From the NCBI GenBank assembly GCA_037443205.1, contig JBBIOU010000002.1:118849-182848 (forward strand): DNA of 64,000 nt, in the 5' to 3' direction. Shown piece after piece: positions 10,439 to 20,029 of this stretch (the stretch's first letter is position 1; each line of letters opens with the position of its first letter). The notes beneath the pieces are model-generated. The model saw nothing but the letters and a program-made list of their open reading frames with translations, was not told where the DNA came from and searched no databases. The position numbers were made by a program, and so were the translations under genes. This DNA comes from Flavobacteriales bacterium. GTDB lineage: Bacteria > Bacteroidota > Bacteroidia > Flavobacteriales_D > UBA2798.

Positions 10439-11824
10439 ATGAGTAAGAAAAAAGCGGTTCCTCATAAAGAACAACAATTATTTAAAAAAATACTTATTGC
10501 TAATAGAGGCGAAATTGCCCTGCGAATAATAAGAACCTGCAAAGAGATGGGCATAAATACGGTTGCCGTTTATTCGGTAGCCGATAAAGACAGCCTGCAT
10601 GTACGTTTTGCCGATGAAGCAGTATGTATAGGTCCTGCTCCCAGTAAAGAATCATACCTAAACATGAGTCGCATTATTGCTGCAGCCGAAATTACCAATG
10701 CAGATGCCATACATCCCGGTTACGGTTTTTTATCGGAAAACGCAAAATTTTCTAAGGTTTGCCAGGAAAACAGAATAAAATTTATAGGTGCCACACCCGA
10801 ACAAATAGATGCTATGGGCGACAAAGCCAAAGCCAAAGACACCATGAAAGCTGCCGGGGTACCTGTTATACCGGGTTCAGACGGATTATTAGAGAGTTTT
10901 GAAGAAGCTAAAAAAGTGGCCAAACAAATAAAATATCCTGTAATACTTAAAGCTACGGCAGGCGGTGGAGGAAAAGGTATGCGCCTGGTATGGAAAGAAG
11001 AAGACCTGGAGGCAGCCTGGGATTCTGCCCGGCAAGAAGCCGCAGCAGCTTTTGGCAATGATGGGGTATATATGGAAAAATACATTGAAGAACCCAGACA
11101 CATTGAAATACAAGTAGCAGGCGACCAATACGGCACAGCCTGCCACCTCAGCGAAAGAGACTGTTCCATACAACGAAGACACCAAAAATTGGTAGAAGAA
11201 ACTCCTTCGCCTTTTATGACCCCCGAGTTGCGTAAAAAAATGGGCGATGCTGCCATCAAAGCTGTAAAAGCCATAAAATACGAGGGTGTAGGTACTGTAG
11301 AGTTTTTGGTAGATAAACATCGCAACTTCTATTTTATGGAAATGAACACCCGTATTCAGGTAGAGCATACCATAACCGAAGAAGTGATAGATTATGATTT
11401 GGTAAAAGAACAAATTAAAATTGCCGCAGGGGTACCTATTTCGGGCAAAAATTACGAGCCTTTATTGCATTCAATACAATGCCGAATCAATGCCGAAGAC
11501 CCCTTTAAAAATTTTGCCCCCTCACCGGGTAAAATCACCAATTATCACAGTCCCGGAGGGCATGGAATACGTATTGATACCCATGTATATTCGGGCTACA
11601 TTATCCCTCCCAATTACGATTCGATGGTAGGTAAACTTATTACCGTTGCCCGTACCCGCGAAGAAGCAATCACTAAAATGCAAAGAGCATTGGATGAATA
11701 TATTATAGAAGGTATAAAAACCACTATTCCGTTTCATCAGGCTTTAATGAAGGATGAAAAATTCAGAAAAGGCGATTTTACTACCAAGTTTGTAGAAGAT
11801 TTTTGGAAAACAGAAATAAAATAA
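10439..11824 (+). CDS. accC: Acetyl-CoA carboxylase biotin carboxylase subunit
   Basis: The motifs [19 protein letters not shown] and [10 protein letters not shown] are present. The protein is 461 aa. Confidence 0.96.
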   Translation: MSKKKAVPHKEQQLFKKILIANRGEIALRIIRTCKEMGINTVAVYSVADKDSLHVRFADEAVCIGPAPSKESYLNMSRIIAAAEITNADAIHPGYGFLSENAKFSKVCQENRIKFIGATPEQIDAMGDKAKAKDTMKAAGVPVIPGSDGLLESFEEAKKVAKQIKYPVILKATAGGGGKGMRLVWKEEDLEAAWDSARQEAAAAFGNDGVYMEKYIEEPRHIEIQVAGDQYGTACHLSERDCSIQRRHQKLVEETPSPFMTPELRKKMGDAAIKAVKAIKYEGVGTVEFLVDKHRNFYFMEMNTRIQVEHTITEEVIDYDLVKEQIKIAAGVPISGKNYEPLLHSIQCRINAEDPFKNFAPSPGKITNYHSPGGHGIRIDTHVYSGYIIPPNYDSMVGKLITVARTREEAITKMQRALDEYIIEGIKTTIPFHQALMKDEKFRKGDFTTKFVEDFWKTEIK

Positions 11825-11868
11825 CCTGTTTTTAACACATATATTTGCATAATTCTTTTATTTTAATA

Positions 11869-11876
11869 TACATTTG
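11869..11876 (+). promoter_or_regulatory. Bacteroidota -7 box upstream of the disrupted lipoprotein gene
   Basis: TACATTTG lies about 27 nt upstream of the ATG at 11903. A second box, TATATTTG, sits near 11840. Confidence 0.35.
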
Positions 11877-11902
11877 CGGGCAAATTATAAACTATATAAA
11901 CA

Positions 11903-12321
11903 ATGAAAAACCTACTAAAAATTACCTCAGCAATTGCTTTAGTTGCTGTAGTTATGGCCGGATGTAAAAAATACGAAGAAGGCCCTGCATTATCATACGT
12001 TCTAAAAAAGCCCGTTTAGCCGGTGAATGGAAATTAACTTCTCAAACCGTTAACGGCAATGCGGTAACTTTATGCGGCACTACCAATGTTAGCATTAAAA
12101 AAGACGGCACATTAACCATGTCAAATACCGGATGTATCGTTAACTATTCATTAAGCGGAAAATGGGAGCTGGTTGATAATAAAGAAAAAATAAAAGTAGT
12201 TTTAGATGGTTCAGGTGATGCTGATGGTGATACTTCTGAAATAGTAATGCTAAAAAACAAAATGTTGAAATTTAAAGATGTATCCGGCTCTACAACCACT
12301 ATTTATACTTACGAACAATAA
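11903..12321 (+). pseudogene. Lipocalin-like-domain lipoprotein interrupted by a frameshift
   Basis: The ATG at 11903 opens a lipoprotein signal peptide (MKNLLKITSAIALVAVVMAGCKKYEEGPALS) that stops at about 12017. The frame one nucleotide back is open from about 11968 and reads ..IRSKKARLAGEWKLTSQTVNGN..LSGKWELVDNK..IVMLKNKMLKFK..YTYEQ up to 12321. The ORF track lists only the 67-aa tail (12118..12321), which is consistent with a broken gene. Confidence 0.75.
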
Positions 12322-12344
12322 TTTTAAACAATCATTATTTTTAC

Positions 12345-12380
12345 AACCCGCTTCTCAAAAAAGCGGGTTTTTTATTTTTT
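12345..12380 (+). terminator. Rho-independent terminator
   Basis: AACCCGCTT-ctcaaaa-AAGCGGGTT is followed by a long T-run, directly after the stop at 12321. Confidence 0.8.
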
Positions 12381-12384
12381 ATAA

Positions 12385-13023
12385 ATGACTGCATTAAAAA
12401 AAACATATTTATTGATTGGTTTATTATGTTTTTGCAGCACGATAAATGCTCAACTGATAGACAGTATTGCCGATAGTTTTAAACATAAACCAACCTTGTA
12501 TTTTAACTGGGGCTCGCAATATTCCTTTATCAGCAACGAATTTGCCAATATTAAATGGGTAAAAGCAGGGGTTGATTATGCAGGAACAACCAAAATTGGT
12601 ATCGGATATAATTGGCTTGCACCAAATCCAGAAAAGATTAAAAATATTGAAGGAATATATTATAATTCGTTTTTACATTTTAATTATGGCTCTGTATTTA
12701 TTGAGTACAGCTATTGGAAAACATACCGTTGGGAAGCTTCTATACCGGTTCAAATAGGCATAGGCAAAGCATACTATAGTTATGTTGATAATTATTACAT
12801 AAAGCAAAAAACGAGTAAATCATGGTTTATTCTTTACGAACCTATTACTACTATAACTTATAGGTTTTTAAGGTACTTTGGGGCCGGAGGCGGTATAGGT
12901 TACAGATTGGTATTGATGGACAGAAAGGATATTAAAGAAACTTTAGCTTCGCCTCTTTTGGTAATAAAAACCAAATTATTTTTTGGCGATTTATGGCATG
13001 ACACTAAAAATCTTTTTAAATAA
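12385..13023 (+). CDS. Hypothetical secreted / outer-membrane protein
   Basis: A signal peptide ends in ..CSTINAQ. The 212-aa sequence is rich in aromatic residues and glycine with an alternating, beta-strand-like pattern. I recognise no family. Confidence 0.6.
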   Translation: MTALKKTYLLIGLLCFCSTINAQLIDSIADSFKHKPTLYFNWGSQYSFISNEFANIKWVKAGVDYAGTTKIGIGYNWLAPNPEKIKNIEGIYYNSFLHFNYGSVFIEYSYWKTYRWEASIPVQIGIGKAYYSYVDNYYIKQKTSKSWFILYEPITTITYRFLRYFGAGGGIGYRLVLMDRKDIKETLASPLLVIKTKLFFGDLWHDTKNLFK

Positions 13024-13071
13024 ATACAAAGTTTTCAATAAAAATACCCATTTATATAAATAGCATTGGAC

Positions 13072-13506
13072 TTAGTCTTTATACCCTACCAATATAGAAA
13101 CACAACCTTCGGGGATGATGCCGGTTAATGATTTTTTGTTTGGAATAGTTATTTCTACAATTAATTGTTGTGTTGAGGCCACCTTAAATTCAAAATATTT
13201 TTTGTCGGGATTTTTGGCGCTTTCAAAAATTACGTTTCTGTCTGCATCCATAACTTTGTAGGTAGCTGTTCCGATAATATCCTGCGAGCATACAAATAAT
13301 CGGTAGTTTTGACCACTGAAAAAAGTAAGAGACATTTCTGCCTTATCACCCGGTGATAAAATCGTGTTGTTTAATTTCCCATTGTGTTTATAGGGTTTTA
13401 ATTCGGGTAAACAAACTTTTTTTGTATATGACTTACATTGTGCCGCTGTTTCTGTAAATGCATATAGGGTAATAAATGCTGCCAATAGGTATTTTACGGT
13501 GTTCAT
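13072..13506 (-). CDS. Hypothetical secreted protein
   Basis: A signal peptide (..AFTETAAQ) is present. The protein is 144 aa and lies 14 nt downstream of the preceding lipoprotein gene on the same strand. Confidence 0.6.
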   Translation of the reverse strand: MNTVKYLLAAFITLYAFTETAAQCKSYTKKVCLPELKPYKHNGKLNNTILSPGDKAEMSLTFFSGQNYRLFVCSQDIIGTATYKVMDADRNVIFESAKNPDKKYFEFKVASTQQLIVEITIPNKKSLTGIIPEGCVSILVGYKD

Positions 13507-13520
13507 AAGGAAAGTATTTT

Positions 13521-14420
13521 TTAATATTTGATGTAACTATCTCTTATTTCTTTGGCGGTTTTTTTAATTTCGAGAAATGTATCTATACTCATATCTATTT
13601 TACTGTTTCCGCCTATCATGGTTACTCCTTCATTATCAGTTTCAACATTACCGGCTACTCGGGTAATATTAACTTTTTTGTATATTTCTGATAATCGGGC
13701 AATATCAGCTATTACCGGTTTAACATTTTCGTTTTGATTGTATTGATCCAAAAAATGGACCAAATGTTCTAAAGAATATTTTTGTTCAGCTATTCTATCG
13801 AGCATTTTTTGATTAGGTTTTTTTTCGTTTACGGTTTGTGTAGCCAGGTATAATCCTTCTATCCAGCCTCCGGCAATAATCAATGCAGACATATCTTGTT
13901 TGTCGTTGTCCATCAGATAGGCATCCAATTCTATAAACATATCATTGATAATAACCATCATAGAGTCTTTATTGTCAACATTTTCTTCTGCCCTGGTAAC
14001 GGTAGCTTCGCTAACTGAGTTTTCAATACCTAATTTTTCGGCTAAGGTTCTGGTGCTGCGCATAAAGAGCATGCTTTCATGTGTGCGTTCAAACACATTG
14101 GCATAATTTAAATCAGCTCCATAAATACCTAAATTAAGAGCCTGCTTAAATATTCCTGCATACTTATCAGAATTCTTAGGGTCGTTTAAAAGTTCAAATT
14201 TATAAGGAGCTCCATCGGCTTTAAGTATATCTGCCATTTCTGCCGGTGAAGGTATGCTGTAATATATTTTTTTAGCTTCAGATACTTTTTTATCTGTATT
14301 GCTATGAGGTAATGTAGTATCTAAATTACCGGTGTCTATTTCATTGTCGCCATTTTGATTGCAGGAAAAAAACAGCAACATTAATATTAAAAATATTGGT
14401 TTAAAAACAGACTTTATCAT
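13521..14420 (-). CDS. Hypothetical lipoprotein
   Basis: A signal peptide with a lipobox-like LLFFSC is present. The protein is 299 aa and predicted helical. It is co-directional with polA and 88 nt downstream of it. Confidence 0.65.
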   Translation of the reverse strand: MIKSVFKPIFLILMLLFFSCNQNGDNEIDTGNLDTTLPHSNTDKKVSEAKKIYYSIPSPAEMADILKADGAPYKFELLNDPKNSDKYAGIFKQALNLGIYGADLNYANVFERTHESMLFMRSTRTLAEKLGIENSVSEATVTRAEENVDNKDSMMVIINDMFIELDAYLMDNDKQDMSALIIAGGWIEGLYLATQTVNEKKPNQKMLDRIAEQKYSLEHLVHFLDQYNQNENVKPVIADIARLSEIYKKVNITRVAGNVETDNEGVTMIGGNSKIDMSIDTFLEIKKTAKEIRDSYIKY

Positions 14421-14508
14421 GTTATTAAATTTTTACCAAACGTACATAAAAATTTTTAATTCATTAAATGTGCTTAAACAAAAATTTATTTGTAAAATAA
14501 TGAGGGTG

Positions 14509-17298
14509 TTAATGAGCTTCTAACCAGTTTTGGCCTGTACCCGTTTCAGCGAGTAAAGGTACGCCTATGTTGTATGCATTTTGCATCTTATTGGCAACCA
14601 TTTTTTTAATTTCTTCCAGTTCCGGCTTATAAACATCAAACACCAACTCATCATGCACTTGAAGTATCATTTTAGATTTATAATTTTTGGCTTGCAGTTC
14701 TTTAAATATGTCTATCATGGCTTTTTTAATAATATCGGCTGCAGAACCTTGTATAGGAGCATTAATAGCATTGCGCTCGGCAAAACCTCTCACGGTGTTG
14801 TTAGATGAGTTAATATCGGGCAAATATCGTCTTCTGCCCATTACCGTTTCTACATAGCCGTATTTTCTGGCAAATGCTATATTGTTGTCCATATAAAGTT
14901 TAATGTTGGGATATTGAGTAAAATAGCTGTCTATAATTTCTTTGGCTTCGCGTTGTGGAATATTTAAGTTTTGCGAAAGACCAAAGGCGCTTTGGCCATA
15001 TATTATTCCAAAATTTACTGCTTTTGCTTTGTTACGCATCTCTTTGGTTACATTTTCTATTTTAACACCAAATACTTTGGCTGCGGTGGCAGCATGTATG
15101 TCGTGTCCGTTGGCAAAGGCTTCAAGCATGTGTTCATCTTTACTAAGGGCGGCTATTATACGTAATTCTACTTGCGAATAATCTGCACTCAGTAAAATAT
15201 AATTTTCGTTTCGGGCAATAAATGCTTTTCTGATTTTCCTGCCTCTTTCAGTGCGTATGGGTATATTTTGCAAATTCGGATTATTGGAGCTTAATCTGCC
15301 GGTTGCTGCTACAGCCTGCATAAACGAGGTGTGTATGCGCTGCGTAGATGTATTAATCATTTCGGGGAGTGTATCAACATAAGTTGATTTTAATTTTCTT
15401 ACTTCTCTGTAATCTAAAATAAGGTTTATGATAGAATGTTTATCTTTTAGTTTTTCTAATACCTCCTCACCGGTGGCATATTGCCCGGTTTTGGTCTTTT
15501 TTGCTTTCTCATCTATTTTTAATTGTTCAAATAATATTTGCCCTAATTGCTTAGGCGAATCTATATTAAACTTTGTTCCTGCCAATTCAAATATTTTTTC
15601 TTCTATGATATTTATTTCGTTGTGTAATTGTATGGAATATTCTTTTAAAAAATTCACATCCAGGTTTACTCCTTCTTTTTCCATGTGTGCCAATACTTTT
15701 ATCAAAGGGGATTCTATTTCATAAAATAATTTTTCGCAATTATTGGCAGCCAACAGCGGGTATAATTTATTTTTCAGTTGCAGGGTTATGTCTGCATCTT
15801 CAGCAGCGTAGTCTTTTATTAAGTCAAGCGGAACATCGCGCATATTACCTTGATTTTTTCCTTTTTTACCAATCAATGTTTCAATACTTACCGGCCGGTA
15901 TTGCAAATATGTTTCGCTTAAATAATCCATGCCGTGTTTTTTTTCAGGCTCAATCAGATAATGCGCCAGCATAGTATCCCAAAGTATTCCTTTTACTTCT
16001 ATGCCATGCCAGTATAACACTAAATAATCATATTTAATATTCTGGCCAATTTTTAGTATGCTTTCATTTTCGAATACTGATTTAAATTTAAAGAGAGTAT
16101 TTATGGCTTCCGTTTTATCGGGCGATACCGGCACATACCAGGCTTCATGGGGTTTAATTGCAAACGATAAACCTACCAATTGGGCCTGATGGGCATCAAG
16201 GTCTGTGGTTTCTGTATCAAAACAAAATTCTTTGGTTTGCGAAAGTATGTTTAGCAATGAATTAATTTTTTCTTCATTATCAGCAAGATAATAGGTATGC
16301 GAAACATCTGCAAGGGTTTTAAAGCTTACTGCCTGGGTCTCGGTTTGTTCTTCTACTTCATCAACTCTGCCAAACATATCTATTTGACCGGTTTGTGTAG
16401 TTGATTGTATTTCCTGACCCAATACTCGTTTGGCCAGTGTTCTGAACTCAAGTTCACTAAATAGCGCCAATATTTTTTCTTTATCTGGTTCTTTAAGCCT
16501 CAATTCATTTTCGTTTAATTGCAGCGGTACATCTGTAATAATTGTAGCCAGTTTTTTGGATAAAATAGCCTTGTCTTTGTGTTGTTCTACTTTTTCTTTA
16601 AGCTTACCTTTTAATTTATCGGTGTTTTGCAGTAAATTTTCTACTGAGCCAAATTCTTTTATTAATTGCTTAGCGGTTTTTTCGCCCACACCCGGTATAC
16701 CGGGTATATTATCTACGGCATCCCCTTGCAGTCCTAAAATATCAATAACCTGTAAAGGATTTTCTATTTCAAATTTTTGGCAAACTTCTTTCGGCCCTAA
16801 TATTTCGGCATCACTACCAAAACGACCGGGTTTGTATATTAAAATATTATCGCTTACGAGTTGTGCAAAGTCTTTGTCGGGAGTCATCATATAAGTAATG
16901 AATCCTTTTTGTTCGGCTTTTTTTGCCAGGGTACCTATGATGTCATCGGCTTCATAACCCTCTGCTTCAATAACGGGTATTTTAAATGCAGCGAGCAGTT
17001 CTTTAATATAGGGAATGGATATGGCAATGGCATCGGGCATTTCTTCGCGATTGGCTTTGTACTCGGTAAATTCTTCGTGTCGTTCTGTAGGTGCCGCTGT
17101 ATCAAATATTACTGCCATGTGCGAAGGTTTTTGCTTATTTAATACTTCAACCAAAGTATTTGTAAATCCTAATATAGCTGATGTATCAAGCCCCTTAGAA
17201 TTTACGGGATTAAATTTAGCATTGGCATTTAATGCAAAATATCCTCTGTAAATTAATGCAAAGGCATCTAATAAAAACAATCTTTTTTCGTCAGGCAT
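14509..17298 (-). CDS. polA: DNA polymerase I
   Basis: The protein is 929 aa. It has a 5'-3' exonuclease N-terminus (LFLLDAFALIYRGYFA), a 3'-5' exonuclease region, and the polymerase motifs DYSQVELRI and QVHDELVF. Confidence 0.97.
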   Translation of the reverse strand: MPDEKRLFLLDAFALIYRGYFALNANAKFNPVNSKGLDTSAILGFTNTLVEVLNKQKPSHMAVIFDTAAPTERHEEFTEYKANREEMPDAIAISIPYIKELLAAFKIPVIEAEGYEADDIIGTLAKKAEQKGFITYMMTPDKDFAQLVSDNILIYKPGRFGSDAEILGPKEVCQKFEIENPLQVIDILGLQGDAVDNIPGIPGVGEKTAKQLIKEFGSVENLLQNTDKLKGKLKEKVEQHKDKAILSKKLATIITDVPLQLNENELRLKEPDKEKILALFSELEFRTLAKRVLGQEIQSTTQTGQIDMFGRVDEVEEQTETQAVSFKTLADVSHTYYLADNEEKINSLLNILSQTKEFCFDTETTDLDAHQAQLVGLSFAIKPHEAWYVPVSPDKTEAINTLFKFKSVFENESILKIGQNIKYDYLVLYWHGIEVKGILWDTMLAHYLIEPEKKHGMDYLSETYLQYRPVSIETLIGKKGKNQGNMRDVPLDLIKDYAAEDADITLQLKNKLYPLLAANNCEKLFYEIESPLIKVLAHMEKEGVNLDVNFLKEYSIQLHNEINIIEEKIFELAGTKFNIDSPKQLGQILFEQLKIDEKAKKTKTGQYATGEEVLEKLKDKHSIINLILDYREVRKLKSTYVDTLPEMINTSTQRIHTSFMQAVAATGRLSSNNPNLQNIPIRTERGRKIRKAFIARNENYILLSADYSQVELRIIAALSKDEHMLEAFANGHDIHAATAAKVFGVKIENVTKEMRNKAKAVNFGIIYGQSAFGLSQNLNIPQREAKEIIDSYFTQYPNIKLYMDNNIAFARKYGYVETVMGRRRYLPDINSSNNTVRGFAERNAINAPIQGSAADIIKKAMIDIFKELQAKNYKSKMILQVHDELVFDVYKPELEEIKKMVANKMQNAYNIGVPLLAETGTGQNWLEAH

Positions 17299-17355
17299 AT
17301 CATATATTTATTGTAAAGGTATAAAATTAAAAATGTGCCGATTGTGTAGTTGCCG

Positions 17356-17389
17356 AAAATAAAAAACGGAGCTGATTATACAGCCCCGT
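17356..17389 (-). terminator. Rho-independent terminator after the 17417..18763 gene
   Basis: On the minus strand, ACGGGGCTG-tataat-CAGCTCCGT (one mismatch) is followed by TTTTTTATTTT. It lies between the stop at 17417 and the polA start at 17298. Confidence 0.7.
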
Positions 17390-17416
17390 AATAAAATTTT
17401 TGTATTGATAAAAATA

Positions 17417-18763
17417 TTAAAACTTTATAAATCGCTCTTTTAAATATTTTTTGTCGTCTATATTGATTTGTAAAAAATATACTCCGTTTTCCAGATGATT
17501 AACATCTAAATTGATTTTATTGTTGCTAACGGTTGTGCTATGGATTATTTTTCCGCTTATGTCGTATATGTTAATTTGTAGTTTGTCTGAAATAAGTTGA
17601 TTTGAAATTTGAATATTTAACTCTCCGTTTGTAGGATTGGGATAAAGTTGAATATTATCAATAGTATATTCTGTTGTACCGGTAGCTATTTGAATATCGT
17701 TTATATCACGGGGCAATATTTTGTATGTACCAAATGAAAAATAAATTACACCTGTAATGTGATATACCGTGTTTAAAGTTGGGGTATAGGGGAATAGTAA
17801 ATCGTCTACATTAACAGCGCCTGAGCCATCGTTGATAGTCCATTCGCCAAAGCCGGCACTGGGGTTGGTACAATTAGCATTATTAACCTGTATAAGTACT
17901 CCTTCGTATGGTTCGCTGCCAGCTGTTTGAGTACTTACTACACTAGCTGCAGGCATTGGATTACCTGAAGATACAATGTTAAAATTGGTTACATTTTGTA
18001 ATTGAGTCATATTAAAATATTCTGTAACCTGAGCATTAAAAGTAACGCTGTCTCCTCTTTGCGGTGTATTGGTGTTATTAAATACAAAAATACCTGTCCA
18101 TGGCCCGCTTCCGCTTTGAATAAAATAACCTGTGCTATGTGTAGCGGTAACTATACCACCGGTAAGTACATTGGTGTTGTTATAGGGCGAGTTACCACTC
18201 ATATCCGTAGTATATTGTATATCGTAAACAGAAACTACAGTGGGTGTGGCTACGGCAATAACAGCGCTGTCTATCTGAATATGATTTTGTGCAGGGTCGC
18301 TGTTTCTGACTGAAATAATAAATTGCGCTGTAGCATAGTTTTGATCGGCAGTTATGTTATAAGTATACATGGTCCAGTTTGTTTGATTGATAGTTTGATA
18401 AGGCGAATAATGATAGCCTGATGTATTGAGAATGTCGGTGCTGTCAAAAATACCAAAGCGCACGTCTGCTTTACCTTTTGCCCAAATTTTTAATTGATAA
18501 TTTGTTCCATTGGTAACGGCCAGCGGTTGTGTTGTAAATCTTCTATGACTGCTTGATTGGCATACCAAACGCACCGAACTGGTGCCGTAAACGGAGCCTG
18601 TATTAACCTGAATAATACTGTCATTGGCAAAATTTGTTTTAGAGCCTTTCCATCCATTAGGGGTGTTGCCTGTCCAACTGCTAAAATCACTGCTTACAAT
18701 AACTTGAGCCTGTAAACTTAATACAGCCGTTAGGGCTAATAATGTAGAGTAAATCTTTTTCAT
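17417..18763 (-). CDS. T9SS type-A cargo: N-terminal jelly-roll-like domain plus tandem small-barrel (OB-like, ExeM/NucH N-terminal-module-like) domains plus Por_Secre_tail
   Basis: The signal peptide ends ..VLSLQAQ. The central segment reads VSVYDIQYTTD..SPY..VLTGGIVTA..GYFIQSGSGPWTGIFVFN..RGDSVTFNAQVTEYFNMTQL, followed by EPYEGVLIQVNNANC..FGEWTINDGSG. The C-terminus LYPNPTNGELNI..INIYDISGKII..LENGVYFLQI is a type-A T9SS sorting domain. Confidence 0.8.
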   Translation of the reverse strand: MKKIYSTLLALTAVLSLQAQVIVSSDFSSWTGNTPNGWKGSKTNFANDSIIQVNTGSVYGTSSVRLVCQSSSHRRFTTQPLAVTNGTNYQLKIWAKGKADVRFGIFDSTDILNTSGYHYSPYQTINQTNWTMYTYNITADQNYATAQFIISVRNSDPAQNHIQIDSAVIAVATPTVVSVYDIQYTTDMSGNSPYNNTNVLTGGIVTATHSTGYFIQSGSGPWTGIFVFNNTNTPQRGDSVTFNAQVTEYFNMTQLQNVTNFNIVSSGNPMPAASVVSTQTAGSEPYEGVLIQVNNANCTNPSAGFGEWTINDGSGAVNVDDLLFPYTPTLNTVYHITGVIYFSFGTYKILPRDINDIQIATGTTEYTIDNIQLYPNPTNGELNIQISNQLISDKLQINIYDISGKIIHSTTVSNNKINLDVNHLENGVYFLQINIDDKKYLKERFIKF

Positions 18764-18784
18764 GATGTTATAAATTTATTATTG

Positions 18785-20026
18785 TTAGTATTCTTTTACT
18801 ATGATATCATCAACCTCCCAGGTTTTAGCAACCGAAGTAGTTCCGGTATATTTAAATCCGATGCGTACGTTAGCTACTTTATATGCTGTTAAGGGGATGT
18901 CACCTGAGTTAACCCAGTTAAATCCACCGGAAGATAAGGTAACCGGTACGGCTATCCATGTAGCTGTATTGGGTGCGCTAACTCCATCGTAATTGGTAGA
19001 TATATAAACTTCCAAATTAGGTCCGCTGTAATTGGCTGCATTTAAAAAGTTAAAACCCGGTGTAGTAGAGTTACTTAAATCAATAGCGGGTGAAATTAAC
19101 CATGTTTCGCAACTGGCATCTCCACTGTTGTAGCTGCTTGCTTTGGCAAAATAATTTCCGTTAAATATAGAGCTTGTCCATGCACTTGTTCCGGCTACTT
19201 GCTTTACAATCCATCCTCCTGAACTAATGCTGTTATCCTCAAAATTTTTCTGTAAATAGATAGTTGCAGGATTGCCTGTACAACGCGGTGCGCTCATTTG
19301 TACTTCGGCTAAAGAACGAACGTATAATTGAATTGTGCTGTTAAATACGCCTACTATTGCCACCAAGCTGCCGTTGCCTTGCGGAATTTGTAATCCGGCA
19401 TAATTAGCGTAGCCGCTTGTTCTTACTATAACCGTATTGCCATTACAGTCTGTCAAAGTACGGTTGGCCGATTGCTGATTCGTTGCATTGGCCCAGGTAT
19501 TGGGTATTTCGTTGGTTACAAATTCTACATTTTCAAGTTTAATCAATCTTGATTGCATGGATGTGTTTATTTGATTTACATCTGTAATAACCATGGGAGA
19601 AACATTTTTTTGTACCGCTTGTTTGATGATGTTTTTGTTTACATCAACCGAATCTAATTGCAACATACCGTTGTAGGCAGAAAGCACAGTGCCTTTTAAA
19701 TAAATTCTTATTGAATCACCTTTATAAACACCCCCCGAAGTCATTAATCGTAAATTAATGGCACCGGTAGCGTCTTGAACAAAAATATTTTTATACAAAT
19801 TACCGTCTTGTTCGTCAGCGGTAACAGTAGCATAAACAGAATAATCGCTGGTAAAACGAACCGGTGTACCGGTAAAAAGATTTTTCAGACTGTCTATGCT
19901 AAGTATATGTCCAACGGGTATTTCGCGCGGTGGAGGAGCATCCCATTCTCTTTTACAAGAACTGATAAGAACCGTTAAAGCTAACAGTAAGTGTGAAAAA
20001 TATTGTATGTTTTTCATTTGTATCAT
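18785..20026 (-). CDS. Surface lipoprotein, DUF5689-like tandem-barrel module plus C-terminal choice-of-anchor-J-like jelly-roll; probable partner of the upstream TonB-dependent transporter
   Basis: The lipobox is VLISSC. The central segment reads YATVTADEQDGNLYKNIFVQDATGAINLRL..GDSIRIYLKG..YNGMLQL and ..QSRLIKLENVEF..VIVRTSGYANYAG..VGVFNSTIQLYVRS. The C-terminal part reads FEDNSISSGGW..ETWLISPAIDL..LEVYISTNYDG. The start lies 3 nt after the transporter's stop. Confidence 0.75.
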   Translation of the reverse strand: MIQMKNIQYFSHLLLALTVLISSCKREWDAPPPREIPVGHILSIDSLKNLFTGTPVRFTSDYSVYATVTADEQDGNLYKNIFVQDATGAINLRLMTSGGVYKGDSIRIYLKGTVLSAYNGMLQLDSVDVNKNIIKQAVQKNVSPMVITDVNQINTSMQSRLIKLENVEFVTNEIPNTWANATNQQSANRTLTDCNGNTVIVRTSGYANYAGLQIPQGNGSLVAIVGVFNSTIQLYVRSLAEVQMSAPRCTGNPATIYLQKNFEDNSISSGGWIVKQVAGTSAWTSSIFNGNYFAKASSYNSGDASCETWLISPAIDLSNSTTPGFNFLNAANYSGPNLEVYISTNYDGVSAPNTATWIAVPVTLSSGGFNWVNSGDIPLTAYKVANVRIGFKYTGTTSVAKTWEVDDIIVKEY

Positions 20027-20029
20027 TTT

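Noticed and set aside
10720-11413. Two long minus-strand ORFs (201 aa and 174 aa) inside accC
   Set aside because: They are antisense to a highly conserved gene, show no recognisable motifs, and are shadow frames.
16430-16894. 154-aa plus-strand ORF inside polA
   Set aside because: It is antisense to polA and has a serine/leucine-rich, low-complexity translation.
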